A DNA stretch of 64,000 nt from a virus. The notes below the pieces were generated by a model that had not been told where the DNA came from, searched no databases, and worked only from the letters and a program-made list of their open reading frames with translations. The stretch is from positions 32,001 through 96,000 of the IMG/VR virus record IMGVR_UViG_3300009514_000006; one strand, 5' to 3'. This document shows positions 10,154-20,398 of the stretch, piece after piece; the stretch's first letter is position 1, and every line of letters starts with the position of its first letter. A program made the position numbers and the translations under genes.

Positions 10154-11994
10154 TAAATCACCGTTATAAGAGAGTTCCCTGCGGGATCAGCGGGTACTGG
10201 AAGTTCGTCTTCTAGAATAGCCACATCAGAAGCGGGGCTCTGTACCGTCACATTAAGCATCCCCGTAACACCCATTGCTCTTTCTATTATCTCTGCCAGA
10301 ATAACATTCTCACCTATCCCTAAGCTATTTATGTACAACTCAATTGCTTCCTTAACTAAGGGAGCCAAATCTATCTCTTCAAAACCATTCTGAGCGGCTA
10401 TGGATAGACGGACTGACACGCGCCGAATAGAGGGAACAGCCACATTCACAATAACTCCCGCACACGCCACCCCAGGGAGTTCGCTAATGTCAGGGTCTCC
10501 ATTAACTATTCTCTGTACCTCAAACAAAAGACCTGTGTAATAGGAGTAAGAGGCAACAAGAACAGAACCTAAGGGGGCTCCTGATCCCGTTAACTGTATT
10601 TCTCCGGTACCTCTATTTAGGTAATAATCAGTGTTTAGAACCTTTAAAGAAAAACCAGAACCAGAGTTAATCCAAAGGCGTATACTCCCATTAACTATTG
10701 GGAACTTAGCTACTCTAAAGAGCTTTTGGCCTGCCTCTGCGCTAGCAGTAATTAATTCTACTAAGACAAGTTCGTCGCTTAAATCATGCTCTCTAGAGGT
10801 TGGTGTGCTCAACGCAGCAACATTCGGATAAATCGTTCTATTTATAGAGGTGTACTGCAGTAGCTCAATTTGAGAAGAATTCTCTGGACTAACAATAAGG
10901 TAACCCTCATCAGGAAAGTCATCACCATTGTCAATGGACAAAGAAGAGGCAGGGGGGAAGGAAGGAATAGCTACTGCTACATCAGATGATGCTAGAACAA
11001 CTGAGTCAGGAACCAGCCCCGTCCCATCGTCTACGTATAAAATAACCTCGCTATTACTTGGGGGAGTTACTGCTTTGGCCGTAACCACTCTTTGTCCTGT
11101 TACAGGATCAGCTACACCAAGAACTGCCTGTTCCAGAGCAGTTCTTGTTCCAGAACTAAGAGTCTGTACGTGTAACCTAGCTCGGGATCTCAGTTGCGAA
11201 TCCCTCTCGGTATCCCGCCCTCCTCCAAATATCGACGTATTGAACACTAAAGCCCCGGTGAATGGGGGTGCCGAAACGAACTGAGATACTCTTCCTACCC
11301 CTACGTTTCCTCCTGATCCTGGTACTATAGCCTTGGCTGAAATAGTAGTTGATTCATAGTTTCCGTTAACCAAAATACCTGATTCAGTGGTCGTAAATTT
11401 AATAGCAGCCGACGCACCTGCAGAGGGAACTTGAATCAGTAAGCTCGCCGCTATATTAACGTCAGCTGCACCCGAGACCAGGGATACACGGTCCCCCAAT
11501 GAATGATTATTAGATAAACCAGACGGGACGGTAAGAATGCTTCCTGCGACGTTGTTGTCTAGGACCTGAATATCTTCAACCGATGGAGTCCCCTCGCCTA
11601 TTCTGACAGTATAGGGATACCCAGAAGTGGGAAAAGATGAGGAGTCCTCAAGAGATACAGTTATGGATCCAACCAAGGTATCAAAAATTAAAGAATTAGT
11701 AATCAAGTTACCATCAGTAATGACAACCGATCCAACCGATGAAGCAGGTCTGAGTCTTGTTAGCCCAAAGTCAGCCACACGAGCGTCTAGGTCAACCCCA
11801 GAGGCGCTGTTCAGGCTGTAGCCATCGATTAGCTCTGCCATTTGGAAATATTGTTCGTCGTCCTCAATGGCGGCAGCCTCTAAAATTGTGCGAATAACAG
11901 ATCCTACAGTAAAATCTGTTATTGTTGTGTTTAATTTGACATAATTAATCATGTCGGTAAGTATTTGATCAAATGTTCTAGGTATAAAGGCCAT
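10153..11994 (-). CDS. Baseplate J-like wedge protein
   Basis: RTFDQILTDM...ITDFTVGSVIRTILEA, ADFGLTRLR, GGRDTERDSQLRSR, YINSLGIGENVILAEII. Confidence 0.9.
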   Translation of the reverse strand: MAFIPRTFDQILTDMINYVKLNTTITDFTVGSVIRTILEAAAIEDDEQYFQMAELIDGYSLNSASGVDLDARVADFGLTRLRPASSVGSVVITDGNLITNSLIFDTLVGSITVSLEDSSSFPTSGYPYTVRIGEGTPSVEDIQVLDNNVAGSILTVPSGLSNNHSLGDRVSLVSGAADVNIAASLLIQVPSAGASAAIKFTTTESGILVNGNYESTTISAKAIVPGSGGNVGVGRVSQFVSAPPFTGALVFNTSIFGGGRDTERDSQLRSRARLHVQTLSSGTRTALEQAVLGVADPVTGQRVVTAKAVTPPSNSEVILYVDDGTGLVPDSVVLASSDVAVAIPSFPPASSLSIDNGDDFPDEGYLIVSPENSSQIELLQYTSINRTIYPNVAALSTPTSREHDLSDELVLVELITASAEAGQKLFRVAKFPIVNGSIRLWINSGSGFSLKVLNTDYYLNRGTGEIQLTGSGAPLGSVLVASYSYYTGLLFEVQRIVNGDPDISELPGVACAGVIVNVAVPSIRRVSVRLSIAAQNGFEEIDLAPLVKEAIELYINSLGIGENVILAEIIERAMGVTGMLNVTVQSPASDVAILEDELPVPADPAGNSLITVI

Positions 11995-11997
11995 AAC

Positions 11998-13782
11998 TTA
12001 TCTCCGAACCCCAAAGTCGAGGGAAACTGCCTGATCGGTACCTATGACTCTAACATTAGCTTGAAGACTGAGTGTGTTGCCTGTATAAGATATATTGAAA
12101 TCTTCCACATCAAGTATACGACTATCTGATAGCAACGAGGCCCTAGCTATTATCTGGAACAAATTAATAGAAGATAAACTAGGCTGCTTCACTCCTACAG
12201 GGAATCTGATACCATAGGATGGATGCAAAGGAAGTTCCCCTTGTTCGGTACTAAATTTAACAAACATTGCTTGCTCTATATTAGCGGTTCCGGACAGGAT
12301 CTTAAGATCTCCACTGGCTGAGTCTACTGACAAGTCCAAGATACCGTCAAGTCCTCTTGATTCTAAGTTTAGATCTCTGCCTAATCGGCTCTCTAAGGCC
12401 CCTACATCATTGAACTTAGCAGAGACACTGCGTCCTATAGAAGAGCCTACCGAAGCCGAGCTTGTGGGAAATAGCATCCTGTCTCCCGGACGCAAAACAG
12501 ACACACCATCACCGTCCGGACTTATGTAAGGGGCTTTTAGCTTGTTCAAAAAAACTAAAGATTTCCATCTAGCTGAGTTACCTAAAAGCCTATTAGCTAT
12601 ATTTTGAATAGTTTCTCCCACAGCTATGGTGGCTTCTGCGGCCGAATTACCAATAAACTGATTAGAAATACTAGAAGGATCTCCCCCTGTACCTATCTGT
12701 CTTTGTGTGTTGTTCTTAGTGAACAAATGGTTCTTTGCAGAGATTATAGACCCTTGTGGGGAAGAAGATAATTGGTCCTCACCAGCAACAGCTGCCACTA
12801 GACGAGACAAGCCCCACAGTGCTCGCTGTATCCTATCTCGAACCTGTATGACACCTTGTGTTATATATAACGAGCTAGAGGCTTGGGCTAGTGCTTCTAG
12901 GGTACTTATAGCATTCCTAGACAGAACGCGAAGTGAATCCTCAGGAATATACCGAAGAGAAACCCCCACGTTAGCAATACCGGTTAGTGTATTTAAGATC
13001 TGATTAGCAGGAGCAATTATGTCAGAGAACAAACGCACCGCTGAGGAAAGTCCCTCACGGGACAAGGCATCAATTCTGAATAGGACTCTGTTCAAATCAG
13101 ATCTATATGATTTTAATCGATCTCGAAAGCCTATGGGAGAATTTTTAGCTGCTTGAGGGTCTGGAATCCGCCAGAAAGTCTTATGTGCCTCAATCCTAGA
13201 GATTGTCCTAAGAACAATTTCATACGAGGTAGTGAGAGGAGAGGATGATTCACGACTAGTCTTAAAAGACATAGGTTCTACGATATAAAATTCCCCATTC
13301 TTACTATCTCCCCACACCATTACTACTTTATGGGCTACATTAATATCCCTCTTTGCTTCGTAGTATGCCTGAAAAAAATTCTTTAATTCAATAAGCCTAT
13401 CAAAACCTGTCTTTTCACTATTACTAAGTCCAGTTTCTAAAGACAAGCCCTCGCCAACACGGACCACAGGAAAAGGCCGTAAACCAGTAGTTCCCGATAT
13501 GCTTATATTCTTATAAATCTGGCCTTGATGTTCAATAAACTGACCCCCGTCTTGTGTAGGCGTAACAAGGACTGCCGCAGGCTCGTCCGTACTTATTGCC
13601 TTAGGATGTAGGTTAAATATGTAGTCAAAACCAGCGAAAGAAAAAGATGAATCACCAGTGCTACCACCAGACAGAAATAAACTTGAATCTGTGGAGAGTA
13701 TCGACAAGGCATAAAGACCTTGCTGGTTGGATTGATACAATTTCCAATTGCTTCTAGGGGGACTAGTAAATTCCTTTGCCAT
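11998..13782 (-). CDS. Fused baseplate protein: tube-initiator-like N-domain + LysM + gp25-like sheath initiator
   Basis: N-terminal FNLHPKAISTDEP...ISISGTTG; LysM-like TIAVGETIQNIANRLLGNSARWKSLVFLNKL; C-terminal GDLKILSGTANIEQA...TEQGELPLHPSYG...SDSRILDV (gp25/XkdS-like). Confidence 0.7.
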   Translation of the reverse strand: MAKEFTSPPRSNWKLYQSNQQGLYALSILSTDSSLFLSGGSTGDSSFSFAGFDYIFNLHPKAISTDEPAAVLVTPTQDGGQFIEHQGQIYKNISISGTTGLRPFPVVRVGEGLSLETGLSNSEKTGFDRLIELKNFFQAYYEAKRDINVAHKVVMVWGDSKNGEFYIVEPMSFKTSRESSSPLTTSYEIVLRTISRIEAHKTFWRIPDPQAAKNSPIGFRDRLKSYRSDLNRVLFRIDALSREGLSSAVRLFSDIIAPANQILNTLTGIANVGVSLRYIPEDSLRVLSRNAISTLEALAQASSSLYITQGVIQVRDRIQRALWGLSRLVAAVAGEDQLSSSPQGSIISAKNHLFTKNNTQRQIGTGGDPSSISNQFIGNSAAEATIAVGETIQNIANRLLGNSARWKSLVFLNKLKAPYISPDGDGVSVLRPGDRMLFPTSSASVGSSIGRSVSAKFNDVGALESRLGRDLNLESRGLDGILDLSVDSASGDLKILSGTANIEQAMFVKFSTEQGELPLHPSYGIRFPVGVKQPSLSSINLFQIIARASLLSDSRILDVEDFNISYTGNTLSLQANVRVIGTDQAVSLDFGVRR

Positions 13783-13788
13783 ATGACC

Positions 13789-14271
13789 TCATACTATAGG
13801 AGTGCTAATGTTGGGAGGAGTGATTACTTTTCCACCAGAAACAGTCTGGTTGTGCCATATGCCCGCAATAGCATCAACAGCATCACTTAACGATCTGTTG
13901 TTGGCTAGATTGTCTGTAAGAAGGGGGATTAGATCCCCAACCATAGAAGCATGTAGGGGAGGGACGACAGCTACGGCTCCAGCAAACGACGCAGTAAGAC
14001 CCAAAGACACGGCTCCCCAAAAAGCATTTACAGCAGCAACTAACTTAATAGCACCAGTAGATATATCTACTGATTCTTTTATCCCCTCAAGAGCCAAAAC
14101 CATAGCATTTTTACCTGCTTCAACACCTAAGGGTAGTATAGGGGTCAGTGCCTGGGCCTCTGCAACATACGTAGCATATACGGCTACCAACGCCGCCACG
14201 GCTTCATCTTCAGTTTCATATTGACCTAGGCTCTTTAGGCCAGAAGATAATGTGGCTTCCTTCATAGCCAT
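13789..14271 (-). CDS. Hypothetical baseplate-region protein
   Basis: Start MAMKEAT at 14271 overlaps the spike stop (TAATG); Ala-rich helical, 160 aa. Confidence 0.6.
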   Translation of the reverse strand: MAMKEATLSSGLKSLGQYETEDEAVAALVAVYATYVAEAQALTPILPLGVEAGKNAMVLALEGIKESVDISTGAIKLVAAVNAFWGAVSLGLTASFAGAVAVVPPLHASMVGDLIPLLTDNLANNRSLSDAVDAIAGIWHNQTVSGGKVITPPNISTPIV

Positions 14272-15362
14272 TACTTTGGGGGCTCCTTCTGTCCGAAGAT
14301 CCAATCACTTAACTGATCATCCAAAGACTGTCTTTTTACGGTAAAATCTTCAAATAGTTCGACAGAGCTTCCTGAGGGACCGAAGGCTGTAGGGTGGGTG
14401 TGTCCGATAAGCTTTTCTAGTATGCTGTCCATCAGGGCTTTCCATCGTTGCCCCAATACAAAATTTTCATTAGCAGTATCCTTAGTCCCTAGATACATGC
14501 TACCAGATATTAATTCGATAACTTGGCCGGCTACTGCTTGAACGAAATCTTTATCCATAGTTAATCTAGTGAAGACATCGTCGCGAACACCATCCTCAGT
14601 ACTTTTAGGAGGATTAGCTTGAGGCAGGGCGGGCTCTGTCCGAGGAAGGGCTACTTGCTTATTAAAATTTACTTCAAATTGTCTAGAATCTTTTACGCTT
14701 ACTTTTATGTCTCCGCCAATATCTTTATTCTTTCTGGTGAAAGAACCTTTAGGATCCAAAAGAGCACCAGCCTCCTCGGTATCGAGGTAAATACTGCCTG
14801 TAGGCGTTACGGTTACCTTGGCTCCAGCAAATCGCTTAAATAATCTATGTCCTTGTGGCAGCGCTCGGCTCCCTAAGGCAGCCACTGCGCCTCCTGTAGA
14901 AACATCTCTATTGTTAGAAGGATGAGGAAACCAATGAGTCATTATAGGCTGGGTGATAAAGCCGCCAATGAACTGTACCACACACCAATCGCCATTCATT
15001 TTAGTAGGATCTACATCAACTAGATCTGTACTATATTTGGAGCCATCTACCATTCCCGTAGTAGGCGTAGGCAACTCCTCATGGAAATCATCAACACCGC
15101 TAGCTCCCGGAGGGAGGATAGTGACCTTTGGGATAACCCACGGGGTATCTGTTCCGTCATTCAGCACAACCACGTCGGCAACAGCATAACTACCTCTCTG
15201 ATCGGGGTTGACCGCCGCAGAGGGGTTGACTCGTGCATCAGAAAAATGAATTGCCGTAACTACAGCCACTACCGGAAAATTCATTCTCCCTTCATGGGAA
15301 TATTCCGATCTCTTCTTAACAAAGGAGCTCTGTAGCACTGATCCATTTTTGTCCCTAGCCAT
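14271..15362 (-). CDS. Baseplate central spike (gp5/gpV/gp138-like)
   Basis: N-terminal OB-fold-like region (GDWCVVQFIGG...PIMTHW), beta-rich shaft, C-terminal GHTHPTAFGPSG metal-binding HxH apex. Confidence 0.8.
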   Translation of the reverse strand: MARDKNGSVLQSSFVKKRSEYSHEGRMNFPVVAVVTAIHFSDARVNPSAAVNPDQRGSYAVADVVVLNDGTDTPWVIPKVTILPPGASGVDDFHEELPTPTTGMVDGSKYSTDLVDVDPTKMNGDWCVVQFIGGFITQPIMTHWFPHPSNNRDVSTGGAVAALGSRALPQGHRLFKRFAGAKVTVTPTGSIYLDTEEAGALLDPKGSFTRKNKDIGGDIKVSVKDSRQFEVNFNKQVALPRTEPALPQANPPKSTEDGVRDDVFTRLTMDKDFVQAVAGQVIELISGSMYLGTKDTANENFVLGQRWKALMDSILEKLIGHTHPTAFGPSGSSVELFEDFTVKRQSLDDQLSDWIFGQKEPPK

Positions 15363-15364
15363 GC

Positions 15365-17776
15365 TTACTCCGACCTTTTATTCCCGTTAAACAATATCCT
15401 ATCTAGTTCATTCTGTGTTAAGGATTTTATATCCTCAAAATCTCCACTATCATCCGAATCCGGTACTTCTAAATATGAATTTCCTCGTCCGTTATACAGT
15501 AGGACACCTTGATCCGGATAGATAGCTATGCGGCCCTTGTCCGCGTTTGGTTGTGTGTCCGCGATGTTTTCATCGTTTTGGGCCGATACATTTCTCTCCG
15601 AGCTACCCAATGTAGCTTTAGTGTCTCGTAGTTCAAAATAGTCAGCCAAACGACCCGTATCGGTTCTATTTCCGCCCCCTTTAAGAGAAAATTCAGACGT
15701 TTCAGTAAGCTCTCCAAAGCCAAGTATATTGGTACTTTTAGACCCAAAAGAACGAGAAACAGTAGGGGGAACATATGCGGGAAGAGGATCATTACGCTGC
15801 CCACGAGATACCTGTATAGAGGTTGTCATGCCAGCAGGATAGGACCAGCTATGTGACACACTCTCAACGTAATAACTTTCATTTCTGTCCACCCAGTCTA
15901 GTCTATACCCCACACGTAGTTCAGGCATACTTCTTAGAGTAATGGTGCCACTAAGATACTCGGCATTATGCTGATTCCAGTGGTCAATCAACAAAGTCCA
16001 TCTAACTAGATTCTTACGTATCTGCCCAGAATCGACAGCGGAGCTACCAGGCTCACATATAAAATCTTTTCCAAAATTAGCGAATTTAGTATTAAACTCG
16101 ACAACCCTAAGCCCATTTCTCTGAATACTCACAGGTGTCAACACCGGCATAATCCCTTGTAGAAGAAATTTGTAGATGTTAATCAAAGAATTATTAGCAT
16201 AAAGAGAAAAGAAATTGAAAACATCTGTGTCACTCCGCCCTAAGGAAGACGACACAACATCAGTATTATATATAGGCAAAACATCTAGGTGTTTAAGAGG
16301 TTTCGCACCTTCTTCAAACTTACATGAAGAACTTCCTAGTGCTTTATTCTCCCTTTTGGCTATTTGTGGTATCCGAGAATAATCATAAAGAACACGACGA
16401 GGAACTGGGTCACCATCTTTTACTCCAGCAGCAAATATTGGACCAAAAGGCGTATAATCCAGTTCTCCTTCTCCTTCAAGAGAATAGATACCTTGCAAAT
16501 CTAAGCCTTCAACAGTAGAAAACGGATATTCCCTAAACACGATAGCTGGCACATACTTCACAGCCGGAACAGACCCAGGAACACTAACTGTTCCATAGAT
16601 ATTAACCCCATTACCCACATCATCCTCTGACCGTGAATATGTCTCGCCAAAACAGGAATCTACATAGTCTCCGCCACTGTCTGTCACCGCAACTGGCCTC
16701 AGGTCAAAAATCAACTCATTAACAATCTCATTACTATAACCCCGCATAAGCGACAGAACAGATCCTTGTCCCTGCCATATTCCAGCAGACTGAATAAACC
16801 CGTCAATAGACAACGCCTCTATAAATGAGGTATCGATTAAATCAACTAAAGAAGCTCCTGATCTTTCGTTTCTAAGAAGATTCCTATAAGCACTCAATGA
16901 GGTACTTCTAGAAAATAAATTATCATATTCTACCTTCCTAGAAATAAAGGACGATTGTAGTGATGCCTCTGCGTCTGTTGTATACGAAGATATCGATAAA
17001 GATTCTTTAGTCTTTTGTGCTAACAAATTTGAAATTACGGTGTCTGAGTCAGCTACTTGCCTTATGTCAGAAGAAACTGGATTATTGGCATCATCATACC
17101 TAACAATACCCAGCTCTCCAAGAGTACTGATTACATTGTCTGGTATCTTCTCTAATGCCTTTTGTTGCTTGATCTTACGCCTATTGATAATCAAATCGTT
17201 GTTGACCAAAGGCGGGGGCAAAACCCATTGAGAGCCGAAACCCATCAATATCTCAAGTATATTCTCCACCATATCAGAAGGGGATCCAAAAGCAGTAACT
17301 CCTTTGGTGCGCAGACCAGATCCTCCCAGAGGACTTAGACCAAGGTCAGGATCATCAAACTCAGTCCTATTCTGCAGGTGGGGGTTAAAATAGATGTCTG
17401 TTTTATCTACTGCCTTCATAAAGTCAGAGCACGATAAGCGATACTGAGTGCTCACCTGGCCGTTCTCAGCGGTATTTTCGGTTCTTTCTATGCGATCTAC
17501 GTACCCAAAAAAAGTCCGCACAAGACCTCGTTGGCCATCCCCTGGATCAAAATATATATTGATCACATCATTCGGAAATATGTAATTCAAATAATTACGC
17601 CTAGGAACTAATGATAAAGTAGCTGCTCCAACACTTTTTATGCTCTTAGAAGTATCAATTTGAATAACATCCATAGATAAGTCTATGGTCCCATTAAATG
17701 GCTCTTTCTTGACGTGCGAATGTACCAGAACCAAAGCTCGGGTATGTGTTCTTGTTGTTTTCATGCCTCTGGCCAT
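15365..17776 (-). CDS. Baseplate hub protein (gp27/gp44-like)
   Basis: Between tape measure and spike. RTFFGYVDRIER and YLSGTITLRSMPELRVGYRL...YYVESVSHSW...TTSIQVSRG are typical of hub proteins. Confidence 0.8.
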   Translation of the reverse strand: MARGMKTTRTHTRALVLVHSHVKKEPFNGTIDLSMDVIQIDTSKSIKSVGAATLSLVPRRNYLNYIFPNDVINIYFDPGDGQRGLVRTFFGYVDRIERTENTAENGQVSTQYRLSCSDFMKAVDKTDIYFNPHLQNRTEFDDPDLGLSPLGGSGLRTKGVTAFGSPSDMVENILEILMGFGSQWVLPPPLVNNDLIINRRKIKQQKALEKIPDNVISTLGELGIVRYDDANNPVSSDIRQVADSDTVISNLLAQKTKESLSISSYTTDAEASLQSSFISRKVEYDNLFSRSTSLSAYRNLLRNERSGASLVDLIDTSFIEALSIDGFIQSAGIWQGQGSVLSLMRGYSNEIVNELIFDLRPVAVTDSGGDYVDSCFGETYSRSEDDVGNGVNIYGTVSVPGSVPAVKYVPAIVFREYPFSTVEGLDLQGIYSLEGEGELDYTPFGPIFAAGVKDGDPVPRRVLYDYSRIPQIAKRENKALGSSSCKFEEGAKPLKHLDVLPIYNTDVVSSSLGRSDTDVFNFFSLYANNSLINIYKFLLQGIMPVLTPVSIQRNGLRVVEFNTKFANFGKDFICEPGSSAVDSGQIRKNLVRWTLLIDHWNQHNAEYLSGTITLRSMPELRVGYRLDWVDRNESYYVESVSHSWSYPAGMTTSIQVSRGQRNDPLPAYVPPTVSRSFGSKSTNILGFGELTETSEFSLKGGGNRTDTGRLADYFELRDTKATLGSSERNVSAQNDENIADTQPNADKGRIAIYPDQGVLLYNGRGNSYLEVPDSDDSGDFEDIKSLTQNELDRILFNGNKRSE

Positions 17777-17789
17777 AAGTCACTCAAAC

Positions 17790-19877
17790 CTAGTGAGAGC
17801 CTCGTCCTTCTGCTTCGGAATTTCCCAAGCCCTCGGCCGACTTCTTAGTATTAGCAGATGTTTTCTTAGCTTCGGCTACCAATTCTGATAGTATAGCCAG
17901 AGCCTCAGGATTATACGTGCCTACATCAGACATAGCAGTCTTTCCCCCAACCATAGGTACAGGGGAGCTTAGTAAAGCTTGCGTTAGCCGCTGATCGGCA
18001 GTTTTTTTCAACCCAACATCAGCCAATAACTGCGCCGTCTGCTGTTGGGCACTAGACTCCCTACCAACCCTTCGTTGCTCTAGTATAATTTTATTTTGTT
18101 GTTGAGCTTGTTTTTCGCTCTCCGAAAGTCCTTCTCCGAATACGAACTTACCAATACCAGGAATGCTTCTACCTGCTTCACGAGTAGTGGCTAATGTACT
18201 CTGAACTGTACCCCATGCTCCACTCTGTGCTTTACTGACTGTTGAAGCCGAGACTCTCAGCATACGCGCTTCTTCTTCTCTATGAGCCCGCAATTCCTCT
18301 ATATCTTTGGCGCCTTTTTCCCTGTTATGACGACGCACGCTCTCATACTCATCTAATCTCTCTTGTACATCCTCAGAGGACTGAAACTTATCACTCCAAA
18401 AATCTTTTAAGAAGCTATAAATAGCACCAACATCGGAGGCTAGATCGATAAGAGCCTTAAGCGCTCTCACTTGAAGTTTCTCTAACGCTTGAATAACAGG
18501 AGCAACAGTGGCGCCTATGCCTATCAACTGGTTATCCATGCTGGCAAGGTGCTTCACATAACCACCTATACCTTTCATTGCCTCCAATGATTGCTTTTCT
18601 ATTGAATCAGATTCTTTGGTAATTTCCTTAATAGCAGCTAGTTGCTCCTCTGCACTCTTACCACTGCTGGCAACCTCCAACAACGATTGGGACTGTTCAA
18701 CGGATAGACCAGTAAGCTCACGCATAGCTAAGGCGCCTTCATCACCGAAGCCAAATTGTTGACCCACTTCTCCTAATAGCCTGAACATGTTCTGTGGGTC
18801 TTCTACGCCTTTCTCTCTTCTCTTCTCGGCCTCAACAAAACTCACGCCACCCTTTTGTTTACCAAAACCCATTGCCATGCGGATAAATTGAGCACCAAAG
18901 TCACCTCCACCAGGCGAAATTAACGCTTTATCAATAGCCCCCATAACCTGGGCTCCTCGTGCTCCTTGTAGTCCTGGTTTTCCTGTCTTTCCTAAAAAGG
19001 CTAGCTGATGTGCAATGGCTGTTGGATCCACAGCTCCTGTGGTGCGCGCGGCTACTCGTTCTGTCAGACTCGTTATTCCGCTCATGAATTCAGGAAAACG
19101 GGATTTCTCTAATCCCGACACAAATCCAGCCGATATGATCTGTTTTAGCTGTCGTCCCCCTTGTGTCTCCCCCCTTCCTGTAAAGGTAGTACCCGCTTGG
19201 CGTAAACCAGAAAAAGCCGCCATTGTCTCTTCATCGGTCATACCAGTAGCTCTACGAGCTTGCTGGAACTGACCAGGCCCAACCACTCCTGTGGCCCGAC
19301 CCATCATGGCAACTTGTTTAGCTGCGTCTATCTTACTGAAGCCTAACCGAGCACCAGGCGCTCTATTAATCCCACCAGAAATATTCCTTCCGGAATCTAG
19401 CCCAATAACATTACCTAAGGCTTGTCCGTATTCTGCGTACTTACCATAGGCTGCGCTTGCCCCGCCGGCCACAAAACCAGCAATCGCTCCACCTACCCCT
19501 AACGCCGCTCCTCCCACACCCCTCATAAACCCGCCAGAACCCCCCATTTTTCCACCAACAGTTCTAAGGGCTTTGGTACTGGCTGTAGCTAGGTTCTTTA
19601 CGTGAGATAGTTGCTTCTTAGAGAAATCTGAGAATATCTGGGCTTCTTGCTTAAGGTATCCCTTAGCCGCAGTAAACCTCTTTCGCTCAGCAGCAGCCCT
19701 AGCGTTAATCGCCTTAAGCTGATCTGCGTTTGCTTTAGTTTGATCTTTGTTAAGAGAAGCCTCAGCAGAAGATCTCTCACGACGAAGCTTACGCTCCCTC
19801 TCTGCCTGCTCTTTATGCGCCTTCTTAAGATCTTTGGCGTTTGTAGTTAACTCTACATCAATCTTAGCGTCTGCCAC
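17790..19877 (-). CDS. Tape measure protein
   Basis: 695 aa helical Ala/Gly/Lys-rich protein directly after the chaperone pair; GTG start with GAGGA SD. Confidence 0.75.
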   Translation of the reverse strand: MADAKIDVELTTNAKDLKKAHKEQAERERKLRRERSSAEASLNKDQTKANADQLKAINARAAAERKRFTAAKGYLKQEAQIFSDFSKKQLSHVKNLATASTKALRTVGGKMGGSGGFMRGVGGAALGVGGAIAGFVAGGASAAYGKYAEYGQALGNVIGLDSGRNISGGINRAPGARLGFSKIDAAKQVAMMGRATGVVGPGQFQQARRATGMTDEETMAAFSGLRQAGTTFTGRGETQGGRQLKQIISAGFVSGLEKSRFPEFMSGITSLTERVAARTTGAVDPTAIAHQLAFLGKTGKPGLQGARGAQVMGAIDKALISPGGGDFGAQFIRMAMGFGKQKGGVSFVEAEKRREKGVEDPQNMFRLLGEVGQQFGFGDEGALAMRELTGLSVEQSQSLLEVASSGKSAEEQLAAIKEITKESDSIEKQSLEAMKGIGGYVKHLASMDNQLIGIGATVAPVIQALEKLQVRALKALIDLASDVGAIYSFLKDFWSDKFQSSEDVQERLDEYESVRRHNREKGAKDIEELRAHREEEARMLRVSASTVSKAQSGAWGTVQSTLATTREAGRSIPGIGKFVFGEGLSESEKQAQQQNKIILEQRRVGRESSAQQQTAQLLADVGLKKTADQRLTQALLSSPVPMVGGKTAMSDVGTYNPEALAILSELVAEAKKTSANTKKSAEGLGNSEAEGRGSH

Positions 19878-19879
19878 TG

Positions 19880-20398
19880 CTATCCTCTATTCCCTAATAT
19901 AAGGTCACGAATATCTCTAGTGGTGCTCTTACTGTTACTAGATAGTCCTTTACCAGAATCAAAATCGAGCAAAATATCTTTGTTACGATTACTGGTCTGT
20001 CCGGCTTCCTTCTCCAAAGAGGCCAATGCTTCGTCGGACATACCCTCGGTCAAATCAGGAGTAATCCCCTGCGCCAATTCCTTCTCCCATTTATCGATCA
20101 ACGGGTCTCCTGTTTCGTCGAAGACAATCTCTCCATCAGCATTCTTCGCCGCCTTCAACAGTGCGTCTGGGTTCTCCTCAAACAGATCCTCATAAAACTC
20201 TGTTAACAACTCTAATTTAGTAGATCCTTGAAAAGCTTTATGCGTCCAAGGAAGCTTGTACTTCTTTACCCACCACCTTCTGAGGAAGGTGATCATTGAG
20301 GGGCTCTTCAGGTTCTTTCGTGCTATTTCCTTGGCTGCCAGCACTAGTGTTTGATTCTTGAGCGGTTCCCCTTCTTCGCTTACGAAAGGAATTCTCAA
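19880..20398 (-). CDS. Tail assembly chaperone, second ORF (T-like; frameshift extension or TTG-initiated)
   Basis: Overlaps the upstream chaperone by 161 bp in the +1 frame; FLRRWWVKKYKLPWTH motif; precedes the tape measure gene. Confidence 0.7.
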   Translation of the reverse strand: MRIPFVSEEGEPLKNQTLVLAAKEIARKNLKSPSMITFLRRWWVKKYKLPWTHKAFQGSTKLELLTEFYEDLFEENPDALLKAAKNADGEIVFDETGDPLIDKWEKELAQGITPDLTEGMSDEALASLEKEAGQTSNRNKDILLDFDSGKGLSSNSKSTTRDIRDLILGNRG

